Shown: piece after piece, positions 35,630 through 44,616 of the stretch
Position numbering within the stretch: the stretch's first letter is position 1
How the letters are laid out: each line of letters begins with the position of its first letter
IMG/VR virus record: IMGVR_UViG_3300037991_004194
Span: 1-45,086 of that record
DNA: 45,086 bases
From: a virus
Taxonomy: Duplodnaviria; Caudoviricetes
Direction: 5' to 3' (one strand)
Notes under the pieces: model-generated
What the model saw: the letters and a program-made list of their open reading frames with translations, nothing else
Databases searched by the model: none
Told to the model about the DNA's origin: nothing
Position numbers and translations under genes: made by a program

Positions 35630-38134
35630 TTAACTCCGTAGAGCCGGTAAAATGTTTTCTGGCCTGTTATAGACAGAAGTAACCTCACGACCTGCATCGA
35701 GGACTGGTTGAACTTCACTATCCAATCTTTTATGTAAACCTTGCCATTCAGTCCGTAGACCTAAAAGGTTATTATTACCTGGAAGACTTAACCTCCAATG
35801 CAACCTACCAATAGCCAAAGCATCTTGTGTCGTTGCATCGTAAGGTGTATCCAGTGAGATGCCCATATAATTTACTGTGTCCCTTAATGTTGTAGGTATA
35901 AACTGATAACGACCAGCTGCGAATATTTCCCCTTTAGCTTGTCTATTCATAACTTCGCCGATTGTCATTCCAGTAAGACAACCAGTTACATCACAGCTAT
36001 TTGCTGATCCATAAGCCATGTTATTGACTCCAATCCCAGTCCCCCCAGTGTTCATAGCTTCATACTCACCGTGAGCAGCTGATTCAACACTTGCAATACT
36101 GTCTAAGAACCATTTAGTATTACCTTCTGTTTGTGTAACTGCTCTTAAAGTCCGAGATGCACTTGGGTACTTTCGAAGAAGTTCTTGTACAGCAGGATCT
36201 AAACCATCAACTTCTCCTTCAGTTTTTGGACGCTCTGGTTTGTATTCAAGCTTGAAAGCCTTAGCTTGCATAGCTAACAAATCATACGTAGGGATTCCGA
36301 TTCTTCTAGCAAGGTTTACTGCATGTTGTGGAGGTTCAACGCTTTGACCTTTAAGATATTTAAGACCTAAATCCATCTCAGCTTGACTTAAATAAGGTGT
36401 CGTCCTAAGAGATGCCTTGTCATCTTTAATCATCCTACGATGAAGTTGTACGCGATCTCTTTCGTTTTGTGTTGTCTCTGGATTTCTTTTTAAATACTGA
36501 TGTATTTTTTGTTCATTATCAAATACTGCAGTGGGATCAATGGTTTCTACAACTCTTTGATAAGCAAGCCTGTGTGCATCTTTAGGGTCTTCGGTGTTAA
36601 TAAATTCTGCATAGAGTCTAAGGTAATCATAGTAAGCCTCCTCCTCCATCGTTCTATAAGAATTAGTCTCACGCTTTGTTCCGTCTGTATTTTCAAATTT
36701 TGTATCTAAACCAGCTACAATTTGCTTCTTAGCAAATCTAACTTGTTCCTCATTAGGTGTCATCTCCTCCACAGACCTGACATTAAACTCATTCATTAAA
36801 CGCTTTGGAAGTCCTTTAAAATCGCTTTCTATAAGATATAAACGAGTTGCTTCAATTTGTCTGAGACGAATACGAGCTTCATCTAGGTCAACCTCATCAT
36901 CAGCATATAGACGGTCCTTTATATTTTCAGGTAGTGGTGCATTGTTTGTGTTATCTCTCCAATACTGTATAAGTGCTTTAGTTTCTTGTGGTGTAATTAC
37001 ACCATCACCGTCATCTATTGTTTTTAAAATATCATTAGTAACTACTTGAAGCTGATCATCTATCTCTCGTGATTCTCGATCAATCTCTCCAGCTATTGCA
37101 TCTTCAGCCTTTGCTTCTAAAAAACCAAAGATGCCTTTATCTTTACTAATGAGGCTGCCAGTACCACGACTATCAGTAGTTTGACTATCCCTAAGTAACC
37201 TAAGCGCATCTTGTCCCGTGATAATTCTGTCATCAATACCCTTTGCTATTAGTTCTGCAAGTTCTAATTTTCCTTGACGAGGGCCTTTAGGGTGGTCAAG
37301 AATAAACCTAGACAATTCCTCTGCTGTTGTGTCCGAGTTATTGATAAGTCCAACAACTTCATCGTATCTTTCACCTTTAAGTTGTGCTTGCCTTAATTGT
37401 CTCTGCTCCTGAGCCCATGAAATAGCATCTCGTTTTTGCACTGTTTGCATTGTCTCAAACAAATGTTCGTTTAGTAGTGCTGGATTTACACCAACAAACT
37501 GGTTCAAAAACTCTTGATTAACTTGTTCCTGTAGAGCTGCATATTCTTCAGGTTCCGTTGCATTGTCAAATGTAACTACTCCTTTTCCTTCTACCTCAAT
37601 AGCAGCTGACTCTTTTGCATTTTCATAGTACATAGCGTAGTTACTAGCACCGCGCTGAACCATTCCCAGCGCATAGCCATACTTTTTCCATCCAGACATA
37701 CTGCGGAAGCGGTCGGCTACAAAAACATCACCCGTTTGCTCTTCTACTTGTTCTGCTAGCTTGTTTGCTGCAGCACCTGTTTCTCTAAGAGCATTTTCAT
37801 CTTGTTTGAATTGCTCTTGCTTTTCTGGACTAACACCCTCGTAATATGCTTCCATGATGCCTTCTTGCATTTCAGCTTTATTACGCGCCTTTAAATCCTT
37901 TGCTAATTGATCATTTAGTGTTTTACTAAATTCAGCTAATGCTTCTAGATCTTTACCTAACCGTTGTGCATTAATTTGTCTTGTCTTGTTATTTGCTTGT
38001 AATTGTCTAAAGGCTTGATCTTCTGCCTGGCTAAGTCTTCTATCCCTTCTGTCAATGGCTGGGATGAGGTCTATCTGTGTTACAGGGTCAAATTTTCCAC
38101 TACTGTCAGATGGTCTAAATTGTATTTGTTCCAT
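35630..38134 (-). CDS. gp15: Internal virion protein C (gp15-like) with C-terminal lysozyme-fold domain
   Basis: IASVES...AAGRYQFIPTTL...QDALA in the C-terminal part. Confidence 0.8.
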   Translation of the reverse strand: MEQIQFRPSDSSGKFDPVTQIDLIPAIDRRDRRLSQAEDQAFRQLQANNKTRQINAQRLGKDLEALAEFSKTLNDQLAKDLKARNKAEMQEGIMEAYYEGVSPEKQEQFKQDENALRETGAAANKLAEQVEEQTGDVFVADRFRSMSGWKKYGYALGMVQRGASNYAMYYENAKESAAIEVEGKGVVTFDNATEPEEYAALQEQVNQEFLNQFVGVNPALLNEHLFETMQTVQKRDAISWAQEQRQLRQAQLKGERYDEVVGLINNSDTTAEELSRFILDHPKGPRQGKLELAELIAKGIDDRIITGQDALRLLRDSQTTDSRGTGSLISKDKGIFGFLEAKAEDAIAGEIDRESREIDDQLQVVTNDILKTIDDGDGVITPQETKALIQYWRDNTNNAPLPENIKDRLYADDEVDLDEARIRLRQIEATRLYLIESDFKGLPKRLMNEFNVRSVEEMTPNEEQVRFAKKQIVAGLDTKFENTDGTKRETNSYRTMEEEAYYDYLRLYAEFINTEDPKDAHRLAYQRVVETIDPTAVFDNEQKIHQYLKRNPETTQNERDRVQLHRRMIKDDKASLRTTPYLSQAEMDLGLKYLKGQSVEPPQHAVNLARRIGIPTYDLLAMQAKAFKLEYKPERPKTEGEVDGLDPAVQELLRKYPSASRTLRAVTQTEGNTKWFLDSIASVESAAHGEYEAMNTGGTGIGVNNMAYGSANSCDVTGCLTGMTIGEVMNRQAKGEIFAAGRYQFIPTTLRDTVNYMGISLDTPYDATTQDALAIGRLHWRLSLPGNNNLLGLRTEWQGLHKRLDSEVQPVLDAGREVTSVYNRPENILPALRS

Positions 38135-38136
38135 AT

Positions 38137-38838
38137 TTAATTGGCATTAAGAGGTATGCGAGGTTGAGGGATATCTGTTCCTGGGGCTTTAAAATTGTTA
38201 TAAGTGCTAACCCCCTGTAATGCTGAGTTACCTAAACCTGCAATCAATGACAATGAACTTGGTCCAGATTGCATGACTGGTCTTGGTGGTGCTACACCAG
38301 GTTCAGGTGCGATAGCAACATCACTGAAGGCTCTATTGTTTGCTGAAATGAGTTCATTTCTTAGCGATTGATTTTGTGTCCTATATCTAGATTGGGCGCT
38401 CATTAAGTTTTCAGCCATAATCGCTTGATTTCTTCCAAATGCAGCAAGTGAATCATTATCAAGACGTTGCGCGGATTTACCTGTTGCACCGCTGGCTGCT
38501 TGTTTACCTTGTAATTTTGTAAGTTGTACAAGAGATGATTGATTTTGAAAAGCTGCTGATTTGAATGCATTATTTAAGCGGGTTTGCTCTGCAACAACTG
38601 CCCTGCTGTATGCTTCCTCATTAGCCAACGTTTGCTGTTTATATTGTGATATTTGATTTGCATAGCGTACTCTTTCACGGTTCCACTGTGCTGCACGTAT
38701 CTTCATTTGATACTTATAATTAGAGACAGCAGATTCATTTTGGGCACGAGCTGCAGCTGATGCAGATTGATGTTGACCAATTGCACCTAGAGCACTACTG
38801 CCAAAGGCTAGAGCACCTAAAGTTACGGGTTCACACAT
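38137..38838 (-). CDS. gp14: Internal virion protein B (gp14-like)
   Basis: MCEPVT start, Ala/Gln-rich, AASGATGKS motif. Confidence 0.8.
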   Translation of the reverse strand: MCEPVTLGALAFGSSALGAIGQHQSASAAARAQNESAVSNYKYQMKIRAAQWNRERVRYANQISQYKQQTLANEEAYSRAVVAEQTRLNNAFKSAAFQNQSSLVQLTKLQGKQAASGATGKSAQRLDNDSLAAFGRNQAIMAENLMSAQSRYRTQNQSLRNELISANNRAFSDVAIAPEPGVAPPRPVMQSGPSSLSLIAGLGNSALQGVSTYNNFKAPGTDIPQPRIPLNAN

Positions 38839-39290
38839 TTGCTAAATTCAATAAAGGTTAAATTATTGGGTCCATATGTAATCTCTCTTAAGAACTTGAA
38901 CCCTAGGAACTTAAGTAATTTCAGGTGAACAGTATTTCTTTTATCAACAATGTTCCATAGCCTTGGCTCTGGTCTACTGTCAATAAAACGTTTTGCTTCT
39001 CTTGCAAAGGTAATCGGGTAGTCATGAATAACAGGTGTACATAACATCCACACCGATCCTTCATCACTTACACCAGCAATACCGGCAGTCTTGCCGTTAG
39101 GCATTGTGAAATATATGCAATACCCATACTGAGAAAAGATAGGTATATGAATGGTTGGTATATGACCATGCCCTTCAATGACCTCTCTAGCGTCATCTGG
39201 GCGGAGATTAGAGGCTACCTCATAAGCAGCCTCCAATGTAATAGGGTGAATAAGTTTAGACACGCTGATAATATCTGTTTGAATAGTCAC
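38823..39290 (-). CDS. gp13: gp13-like (DUF2833-like) protein
   Basis: LRPDD.RE...VWMLCT...LWNIVDKRNTVHLKLLKFLGFKF. Confidence 0.8.
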   Translation of the reverse strand: MTIQTDIISVSKLIHPITLEAAYEVASNLRPDDAREVIEGHGHIPTIHIPIFSQYGYCIYFTMPNGKTAGIAGVSDEGSVWMLCTPVIHDYPITFAREAKRFIDSRPEPRLWNIVDKRNTVHLKLLKFLGFKFLREITYGPNNLTFIEFSKCVNP

Positions 39291-42147
39291 CCTCCCACCG
39301 CAATGAGTACAATGTTGTAGGTGCTGGATACGTAGATTTAATAGTAATATCTAAATTAGTGTTTCTCTCATACAACGGAATTGTTTGTTCTGTATCAAAT
39401 TTCTTAGGATCAGCTCCTGCTAAATATGCATCTTGCATAGTTTGTTCATACTTGACAGAGTATGTATCTTTACCATACCTTTCTATCTCAACGTCATATA
39501 CATTTGTAGTGCCTGTATTTAGCTTTATTCTATGGATAGTTAATGATGCAGTTGTGTCAGCTCTAAAGGCTTGTTGCTCATTTTTTAATACATAGAAGTG
39601 TGGTAGCTCTACAGACATCTCATATGGTTCTCCTCCTATAACTTCAGAATTATCAATATTCTCAGTAAAGTTCTTATAGTTATAGTCTAGATTTACACCA
39701 GGCGGGGTCCACGCATCAAGATATACTTCTTGATTAGGATCTGATTTCATCAAGAATAATTTATTGTTATTCTCTACGACTACAAAGTGATCCCCTTTAT
39801 TTGAGAAGTGAAATATTAATGGATCAGGTAGGCTGATTTTAGTCCATGAATTTTGTACATCTCTCTGACTTCCTTCCTTAAAATACTTATAGAGCCAAAG
39901 TGTTTTGTCACCATACTTCCCAATAATAATACTATCAGTCTCCATAGAGGAGGAAATTAATTCATATCCATTATCAAATGAATCTAATAGAACTTTACTT
40001 CGTTCGTTAATATCTACCTGACCTTCACGGAAGATGTTTGACATCTCCAAAAACTTAGCTTTATTTTCTGAGCCACCTATAAAAGCTATGTTAGTCCCAA
40101 GGTTTACAGGGTCAGTATTTATATTAAATGGGTATGCAGCTATCTGAGATACCTTTGCTGTGCGAGCATCAAAGACGTCACTATCTGTAGTTAGAATAAA
40201 TTGTTGATCACTTGCAAAGACGACCATCGCATTATTAACTGGAATGCCAGTATGCAATACTGAGGAGTACGTAGTTGTGGCTGAAATGTCAATAGGATCA
40301 GAAGGACTTGTAGTCAATGCCGTAGAAGAAAACCAGTTGTCATAGTCCCCTGCTGCAGTCGAGATAATATTTTCTTCACTAAATGCAATTATTCGATTAC
40401 GGAAGAAGGATAAGTTTGTAATTGTATTGTTTACAAAACTTGGATTGAATCTATCTGCATCCCCACAATGTCGTTCGTCGTATGAAACTTCTGTTATTAC
40501 AAAAAACTCATCCCCAAAATCATCTACATCATGCACTAAAACATGAGGCATAGTGAGCGCATTAAACGACGTACTTTCAAGAGGTTTTGCTATCTCTTTC
40601 CAGTAACCTTGCCCGCTTGATGTTGTATTTCCGCTGCCTCTATTCGGTACAATATCATAGTCATTTACAAATTGTACGTAGTAATCGTCATCCCCGCTAA
40701 AGCTGTTTTCTACTTTAACAACAACCCCGAACTTACATTCAAGTGGTAAGTTGGAAGCATTGTTTACCACCATCAAGGGATTTGGTGAGTCAATACGGTC
40801 GTTTGGATTATTAGGATCCGGTAGAGAGACAAACTCGTCTGGCTTAGCTTGCGCTACAAGTAAATTTGCTAAATCTTTTTCGCTTGTCTCTACAAGAAAC
40901 GGTTGATTTGATTCAAGATAAATACCGTTACCAACTATTTCTACAGTATGAAATATAGAATCACCGTTTGAATCAACTGCGTCATTTATAAATGCATTTT
41001 GTAATGCACCTAGAAGTGCACCTACTGAACCGAAAGGAGTTGAAGGTACTGTGGGTGTAATTTGAAAGTCTGTTGTAGATGATACATTGACTACTTCTTT
41101 TACTTTGAAGGTAAAGGAAAAATCCTCCCCATCACTACTATTTCCAATTAAATTTCCTAGTTCAGAACTTGTAAACTCAAGAGAAAAAATATCATGTTTT
41201 TTCCAACCAAGTCCACCGTTCAAAAGTCTACTATCAAGTATTCGGTAATTACAATAAATAGTTGGATCATCTCCACCTTTTGTAGCTGGTTGAGCAGTAA
41301 GTTCAATTTCCATTTCTACTGGAGCAGCAGAAGTGACAATATTGCCGTTTGCATCTAATAGCGGACTTCTTGTTTTTTTGCCATTGACCTCCTCCTTTTT
41401 ACCTAATTTTACAGAGGTAGATTTGCGCCATCTATTAACAAGAGGGCAGCCGTCCAATCTATTGTTGTTACCACGTAAGCCAGCAGTACTAATTAACTCA
41501 ACATTTGTTATTCGCTTAAGAGATGTTGGAGTGCTATCAATGAGATCTACATCGAAGGTGTATGATCTATTCGGATCAAAGACAGTGAGTTCAATAAAAG
41601 CCTGATATGGCCTATAAACTTCCTTGCTATTTGTCATTCCTACTTTTACATTAGGATTGACGATAAATGCAGTATCGTTTATTGCAACCTCTCTTAGTTT
41701 TGGAGGGGAATCGATTGTACTATTTTCAAGATAGTTAATATTTTCGTGAATTTCGCTAACCGTTGCTGGACCATATGGCTTTGCATTAAAGATATTTTCT
41801 TTCTTGTAGTCGTTTAGTCTTAAAGGACCATCGTATTCATATACAGGTACTTGTGTTTTTTTGTCAGAATTTATTATACTGACATGCCCAGATGTACTTA
41901 CATTGACAACATATCTAAGGTGTTCTCCATCCTCATCTTCACGATACATGCTAAACCAAGTACCTCCGCCATCCACGTCACTCGGTAGCTCAGCCAACAA
42001 TTCATAACCAGGTCTTTTAACTAGACCCTTTGTCACATCAGGAATACAGTTCACAGCATTCCTAACTTGACCAGGTTTTTTTAATTCATCAGGTTGTTCA
42101 TTGATTCCCTGTACAAAGTTAGGAATAATCTGTGATACAGAAGTCAT
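39256..42147 (-). CDS. gp12: Tail tubular protein B (gp12-like)
   Basis: VSQ.IPN..QGI.EQPD...GL.KRPG N-terminus; FFRNR, DPID; WEG.Y C-terminus. Confidence 0.92.
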   Translation of the reverse strand: MTSVSQIIPNFVQGINEQPDELKKPGQVRNAVNCIPDVTKGLVKRPGYELLAELPSDVDGGGTWFSMYREDEDGEHLRYVVNVSTSGHVSIINSDKKTQVPVYEYDGPLRLNDYKKENIFNAKPYGPATVSEIHENINYLENSTIDSPPKLREVAINDTAFIVNPNVKVGMTNSKEVYRPYQAFIELTVFDPNRSYTFDVDLIDSTPTSLKRITNVELISTAGLRGNNNRLDGCPLVNRWRKSTSVKLGKKEEVNGKKTRSPLLDANGNIVTSAAPVEMEIELTAQPATKGGDDPTIYCNYRILDSRLLNGGLGWKKHDIFSLEFTSSELGNLIGNSSDGEDFSFTFKVKEVVNVSSTTDFQITPTVPSTPFGSVGALLGALQNAFINDAVDSNGDSIFHTVEIVGNGIYLESNQPFLVETSEKDLANLLVAQAKPDEFVSLPDPNNPNDRIDSPNPLMVVNNASNLPLECKFGVVVKVENSFSGDDDYYVQFVNDYDIVPNRGSGNTTSSGQGYWKEIAKPLESTSFNALTMPHVLVHDVDDFGDEFFVITEVSYDERHCGDADRFNPSFVNNTITNLSFFRNRIIAFSEENIISTAAGDYDNWFSSTALTTSPSDPIDISATTTYSSVLHTGIPVNNAMVVFASDQQFILTTDSDVFDARTAKVSQIAAYPFNINTDPVNLGTNIAFIGGSENKAKFLEMSNIFREGQVDINERSKVLLDSFDNGYELISSSMETDSIIIGKYGDKTLWLYKYFKEGSQRDVQNSWTKISLPDPLIFHFSNKGDHFVVVENNNKLFLMKSDPNQEVYLDAWTPPGVNLDYNYKNFTENIDNSEVIGGEPYEMSVELPHFYVLKNEQQAFRADTTASLTIHRIKLNTGTTNVYDVEIERYGKDTYSVKYEQTMQDAYLAGADPKKFDTEQTIPLYERNTNLDITIKSTYPAPTTLYSLRWEGDYSNRYYQRV

Positions 42148-42773
42148 CGTGCAAGTGTTCTATAAGGTTGATACGATTGATAGGTGGTTTCAGAAGGAGT
42201 GCCAAAAAAAGAGCTATCGCTTTGGTTGCATTCATATTCCAGACATGCAGCTCTAGCTTGTGCTTCTTGTGTTGATAGACTTTGACTAAGTTGAGGATTG
42301 CCTACAAGTTGTGTAGCTGCCCTACCACTAGCCCGCAATGTAATCAGTCGTTGGAAGGCAGTAGGAATGTCCTCGTAATCTATGAGGAATACATAGTCTA
42401 GTTTGATTGGCCTAGAAAATTTATATGAATGATTGTACCTATCATATAACCGTTTTCCACGTTTTACTGGATCACAGTCTCTATAGGTCTGTCCTTCGGA
42501 TTTATCTAGACGAATTACATTAGGTGGGATTGTAATTTCTTGATCATCATTAGGCAACATTTCAAAAGAGTATTCTGTATTAAACACCCATCCTTCTGAT
42601 TGGACATCAGTGTTTACATCTTTGAGTAGGTTATGGACAAATGCAATTTCAGGGTTGATATAAACAAGATCAGGTTTATCTTTTTGATCTCTTTGATAGA
42701 TACGCGATACTGGTGACTGACCAATCGCTCCCAGTATAGAATTTACACTGGAAAGTTCGGTTTCAGTAGACAT
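42144..42773 (-). CDS. gp11: Tail tubular protein A (gp11-like)
   Basis: TELSSVNSILGAIGQSPV...VQSEGWVFN. Confidence 0.93.
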   Translation of the reverse strand: MSTETELSSVNSILGAIGQSPVSRIYQRDQKDKPDLVYINPEIAFVHNLLKDVNTDVQSEGWVFNTEYSFEMLPNDDQEITIPPNVIRLDKSEGQTYRDCDPVKRGKRLYDRYNHSYKFSRPIKLDYVFLIDYEDIPTAFQRLITLRASGRAATQLVGNPQLSQSLSTQEAQARAACLEYECNQSDSSFFGTPSETTYQSYQPYRTLAR

Positions 42774-42791
42774 AATATACTAGGTATGAAT

Positions 42792-42816
42792 AAAAAAAAA
42801 GGGACCCTAAGGTCCC
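42792..42816 (-). terminator. T-phi-like terminator after the capsid cluster
   Basis: GGGACC-TTAG-GGTCCC followed by T9. Confidence 0.9.
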
Positions 42817-42823
42817 ATAGTTA

Positions 42824-43039
42824 TCAGGAGCGATCCCGAGCTGGTGCGTCTGCTTCCACAGGGTGATAAGCAAAGCGCAAGTTCTTAGTCTCGCTGTAAA
42901 CAGTTGAAGCGGAAACGGCAGAGCCGTATCCTTTTGCAGTCTTAGCAACAGAAGTACGAATGGCAGTGTTACCGCCAGAGATACCTCCAGTTGCTCCGCT
43001 GACACCGTTGTTGCCAGCAGCAGAAGTTTGATTTGCCAT
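42824..43039 (-). CDS. Small Gly/Ala/Ser-rich protein after the capsid (possible decoration protein)
   Basis: 71 aa, IRTSVAKT motif, lies inside the capsid transcription unit. Confidence 0.7.
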   Translation of the reverse strand: MANQTSAAGNNGVSGATGGISGGNTAIRTSVAKTAKGYGSAVSASTVYSETKNLRFAYHPVEADAPARDRS

Positions 43040-43060
43040 AATCTCTATAAAATAATATTA

Positions 43061-43957
43061 TCAGGCAGCCTGCAGTTCGATAGCAGCAGCAGGGTTAAGT
43101 GTGCCAGCACCCATGGCAAGACGTCCGACGACGACATCACCTTGGTACATAGTCTGCACATCTGACCCTGTTGTTTGAACCTGAGGTCCAATACCTTCAA
43201 CAACAGCCGCAGCGTCACGCATATAGATCAGACCAGCGTGGTTAGTGAAGTTACCGGAGTAGTCATTGTTTTCACCATCAACACGGCTAACATTACCAGC
43301 CAGGAAAGGCAGGTTGTTAGAACGACGGATGGAGATACCAGCGATCTCATAGAGACCTTCACCACTGTTCAGGCTGCCCTGTGAGGCGCCAAAGTCACGG
43401 TTAAGGATGTTTGTATCGACCTGAGAAATCAGAGCGTAGTATTGCCGTGGAGCCAGGACTGCGAAACGACCAGAAGTAGGTACGTTCTTTTCATCTAGGA
43501 TTGCACTAGCTTCAAAGAAGGCATCTACAAGAGCCTGAGCGTTGTACTCATTACCAGAGCCAAGGTTGATGACTGAACCGCCGGGTTCGGGACCAGGTGA
43601 TGCAGTAATAGGATGTGCTTCACGAGCAGCCTTAGCGATCATACGGAAGATCTTCTTGTCATAAGCTTCAGCCAAAGCATGACCGATCTTTGCAGAGATC
43701 TCAGACCTCAAGGAGTAATGAGCAAGTGTCTCATCAAGCGAGTACAGGAAAGCGGAGCTGACCAGTAGGTCATCCATTACGATCGTTTTTTCTGCCACAG
43801 GAGGATCACCACTACCTAGGATTGGTGTCCCAGGAACATGGTATGAGGCTTCCATTCGTCCTGTGTAGATGAACTGAAGTGACTTGCCATTACGGAGAGT
43901 ACGGGACTGAACTGTACCTTTAGCGATACAGGCAGACTCGTAAGCTTTGATCATCTC
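43061..43957 (-). CDS. gp10: Major capsid protein, exon 2
   Basis: EMIKAY...RTLRNGKSLQF..TGR, EKTI.MDDLL, GHALA..YD; spliced product 350 aa. Confidence 0.95.
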   Translation of the reverse strand, partial: EMIKAYESACIAKGTVQSRTLRNGKSLQFIYTGRMEASYHVPGTPILGSGDPPVAEKTIVMDDLLVSSAFLYSLDETLAHYSLRSEISAKIGHALAEAYDKKIFRMIAKAAREAHPITASPGPEPGGSVINLGSGNEYNAQALVDAFFEASAILDEKNVPTSGRFAVLAPRQYYALISQVDTNILNRDFGASQGSLNSGEGLYEIAGISIRRSNNLPFLAGNVSRVDGENNDYSGNFTNHAGLIYMRDAAAVVEGIGPQVQTTGSDVQTMYQGDVVVGRLAMGAGTLNPAAAIELQAA

Positions 43958-44187
43958 CATGATCATCCCTATTTTTCAATAGAGCATGGACTATATCTTC
44001 ATCCCATAGGGATGCTGGACTCTAATGATGTATTACATAACCAGCGGGCTAAACCATCTAGTCTCTGAACCTTCCTTACACGCTTGTAAGGCTTGGCTGC
44101 TGATTGCCATATCCAATAGGACGTAGGTTTCCAGCAATTCATCCAGTTATCAATTTAGAATTACTTCTAATTGGGGCAAGATTATTT
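43958..44187 (-). mobile_element. Group I intron (230 nt, no ORF) in the major capsid gene
   Basis: P GAAUUGCUGGAA, Q AAUCAGCAG, R GUUCAGAGACUA, S AAGAUAUAGUC; P1 GGGU:GCCC with U.G; P10 AUCUU:GAGAU; terminal G; splicing gives LKLFSG|EMIKAY. Confidence 0.95.
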
Positions 44188-44343
44188 ACCCGAGAACAAC
44201 TTGAGGTAAGTTGCGTATTTGGCGTCGTAATCAGCACCACCTTGGGAAAGACCAAGGCCAGGTGTAGAGTTGATATTACCTGTTGCGGTAATGTTTGTAT
44301 TCGGCGGAGTGCCGGGATACGGGTTTGTTTGTGTAAGTGCCAT
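44188..44343 (-). CDS. gp10: Major capsid protein, exon 1 (52 codons, not in ORF track)
   Basis: MALTQTNPY...AKYATYLKLFSG aligns with T7 gp10 ALFLKVFGG(E). Confidence 0.93.
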
Positions 44344-44417
44344 TTTAATAATGTGTAATTAATATAATCGTTCTTGCTAGCAAAATTTTTGTTCTGAAAA
44401 TTAAAGGCTTTTCAGTT

Positions 44418-44485
44418 GCCGTGCACGGCTGAGTTGTCGGGCGTACCCGGCTCAACCAATAGGAAGGGGAGGAATCGCACCTCCC
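44418..44485 (-). promoter_or_regulatory. Structured capsid leader
   Basis: T-arm-like hairpin GGGAGG-TGCGATT-CCTCCC; GGTTGAG..CGGG-TACG-CCCG..CTCAGCC hairpin; palindrome GCCGTGCACGGC. Confidence 0.55.
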
Positions 44486-44493
44486 GTTGAATC

Positions 44494-44601
44494 TTACTTC
44501 CTCAAATAAGCTACACCTCGATAGACAAGCTTGATTTCTTTGTTGAGTTTAGCTTCTTTCTTTGCCTTGTTGACAATATAGCGGGCTTCAATTGTAGACA
44601 T
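44494..44601 (-). CDS. DUF4278-like small peptide, 35 aa (not in ORF track)
   Basis: MSTIEARYIVNKAKKEAKLNKEIKLVYRGVAYLRK with the LxYRGxxY motif; strong SD GGAGG at 44608-44612. Confidence 0.85.
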   Translation of the reverse strand: MSTIEARYIVNKAKKEAKLNKEIKLVYRGVAYLRK

Positions 44602-44616
44602 AATTAACCTCCAATC

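Noticed and set aside
43037-43063. Capsid read-through or 10B-type extension into the in-frame 71-aa gene
   Set aside because: Two consecutive stops (TGA TAA) separate them and I see no slippery site.
746-43384. Numerous short plus-strand and alternate-frame ORFs in the track (e.g. 1908-2201, 4535-4834, 21297-21695, 33738-34139)
   Set aside because: They are shadows of well-supported minus-strand genes, with no recognisable motifs.
43958-43966. Capsid start at MIMEMIK as given by the ORF track
   Set aside because: These ATGs lie within the intron 3' end, and the conserved LKLFSG segment is in the upstream exon.
44104-44358. Plus-strand 84-aa ORF overlapping the capsid intron as a possible homing endonuclease
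   Set aside because: It is antisense, has no nuclease motif, and shadows capsid exon 1.
44466-44485. tRNA gene
   Set aside because: Only a T-arm-like hairpin; no D arm, anticodon arm or acceptor stem.
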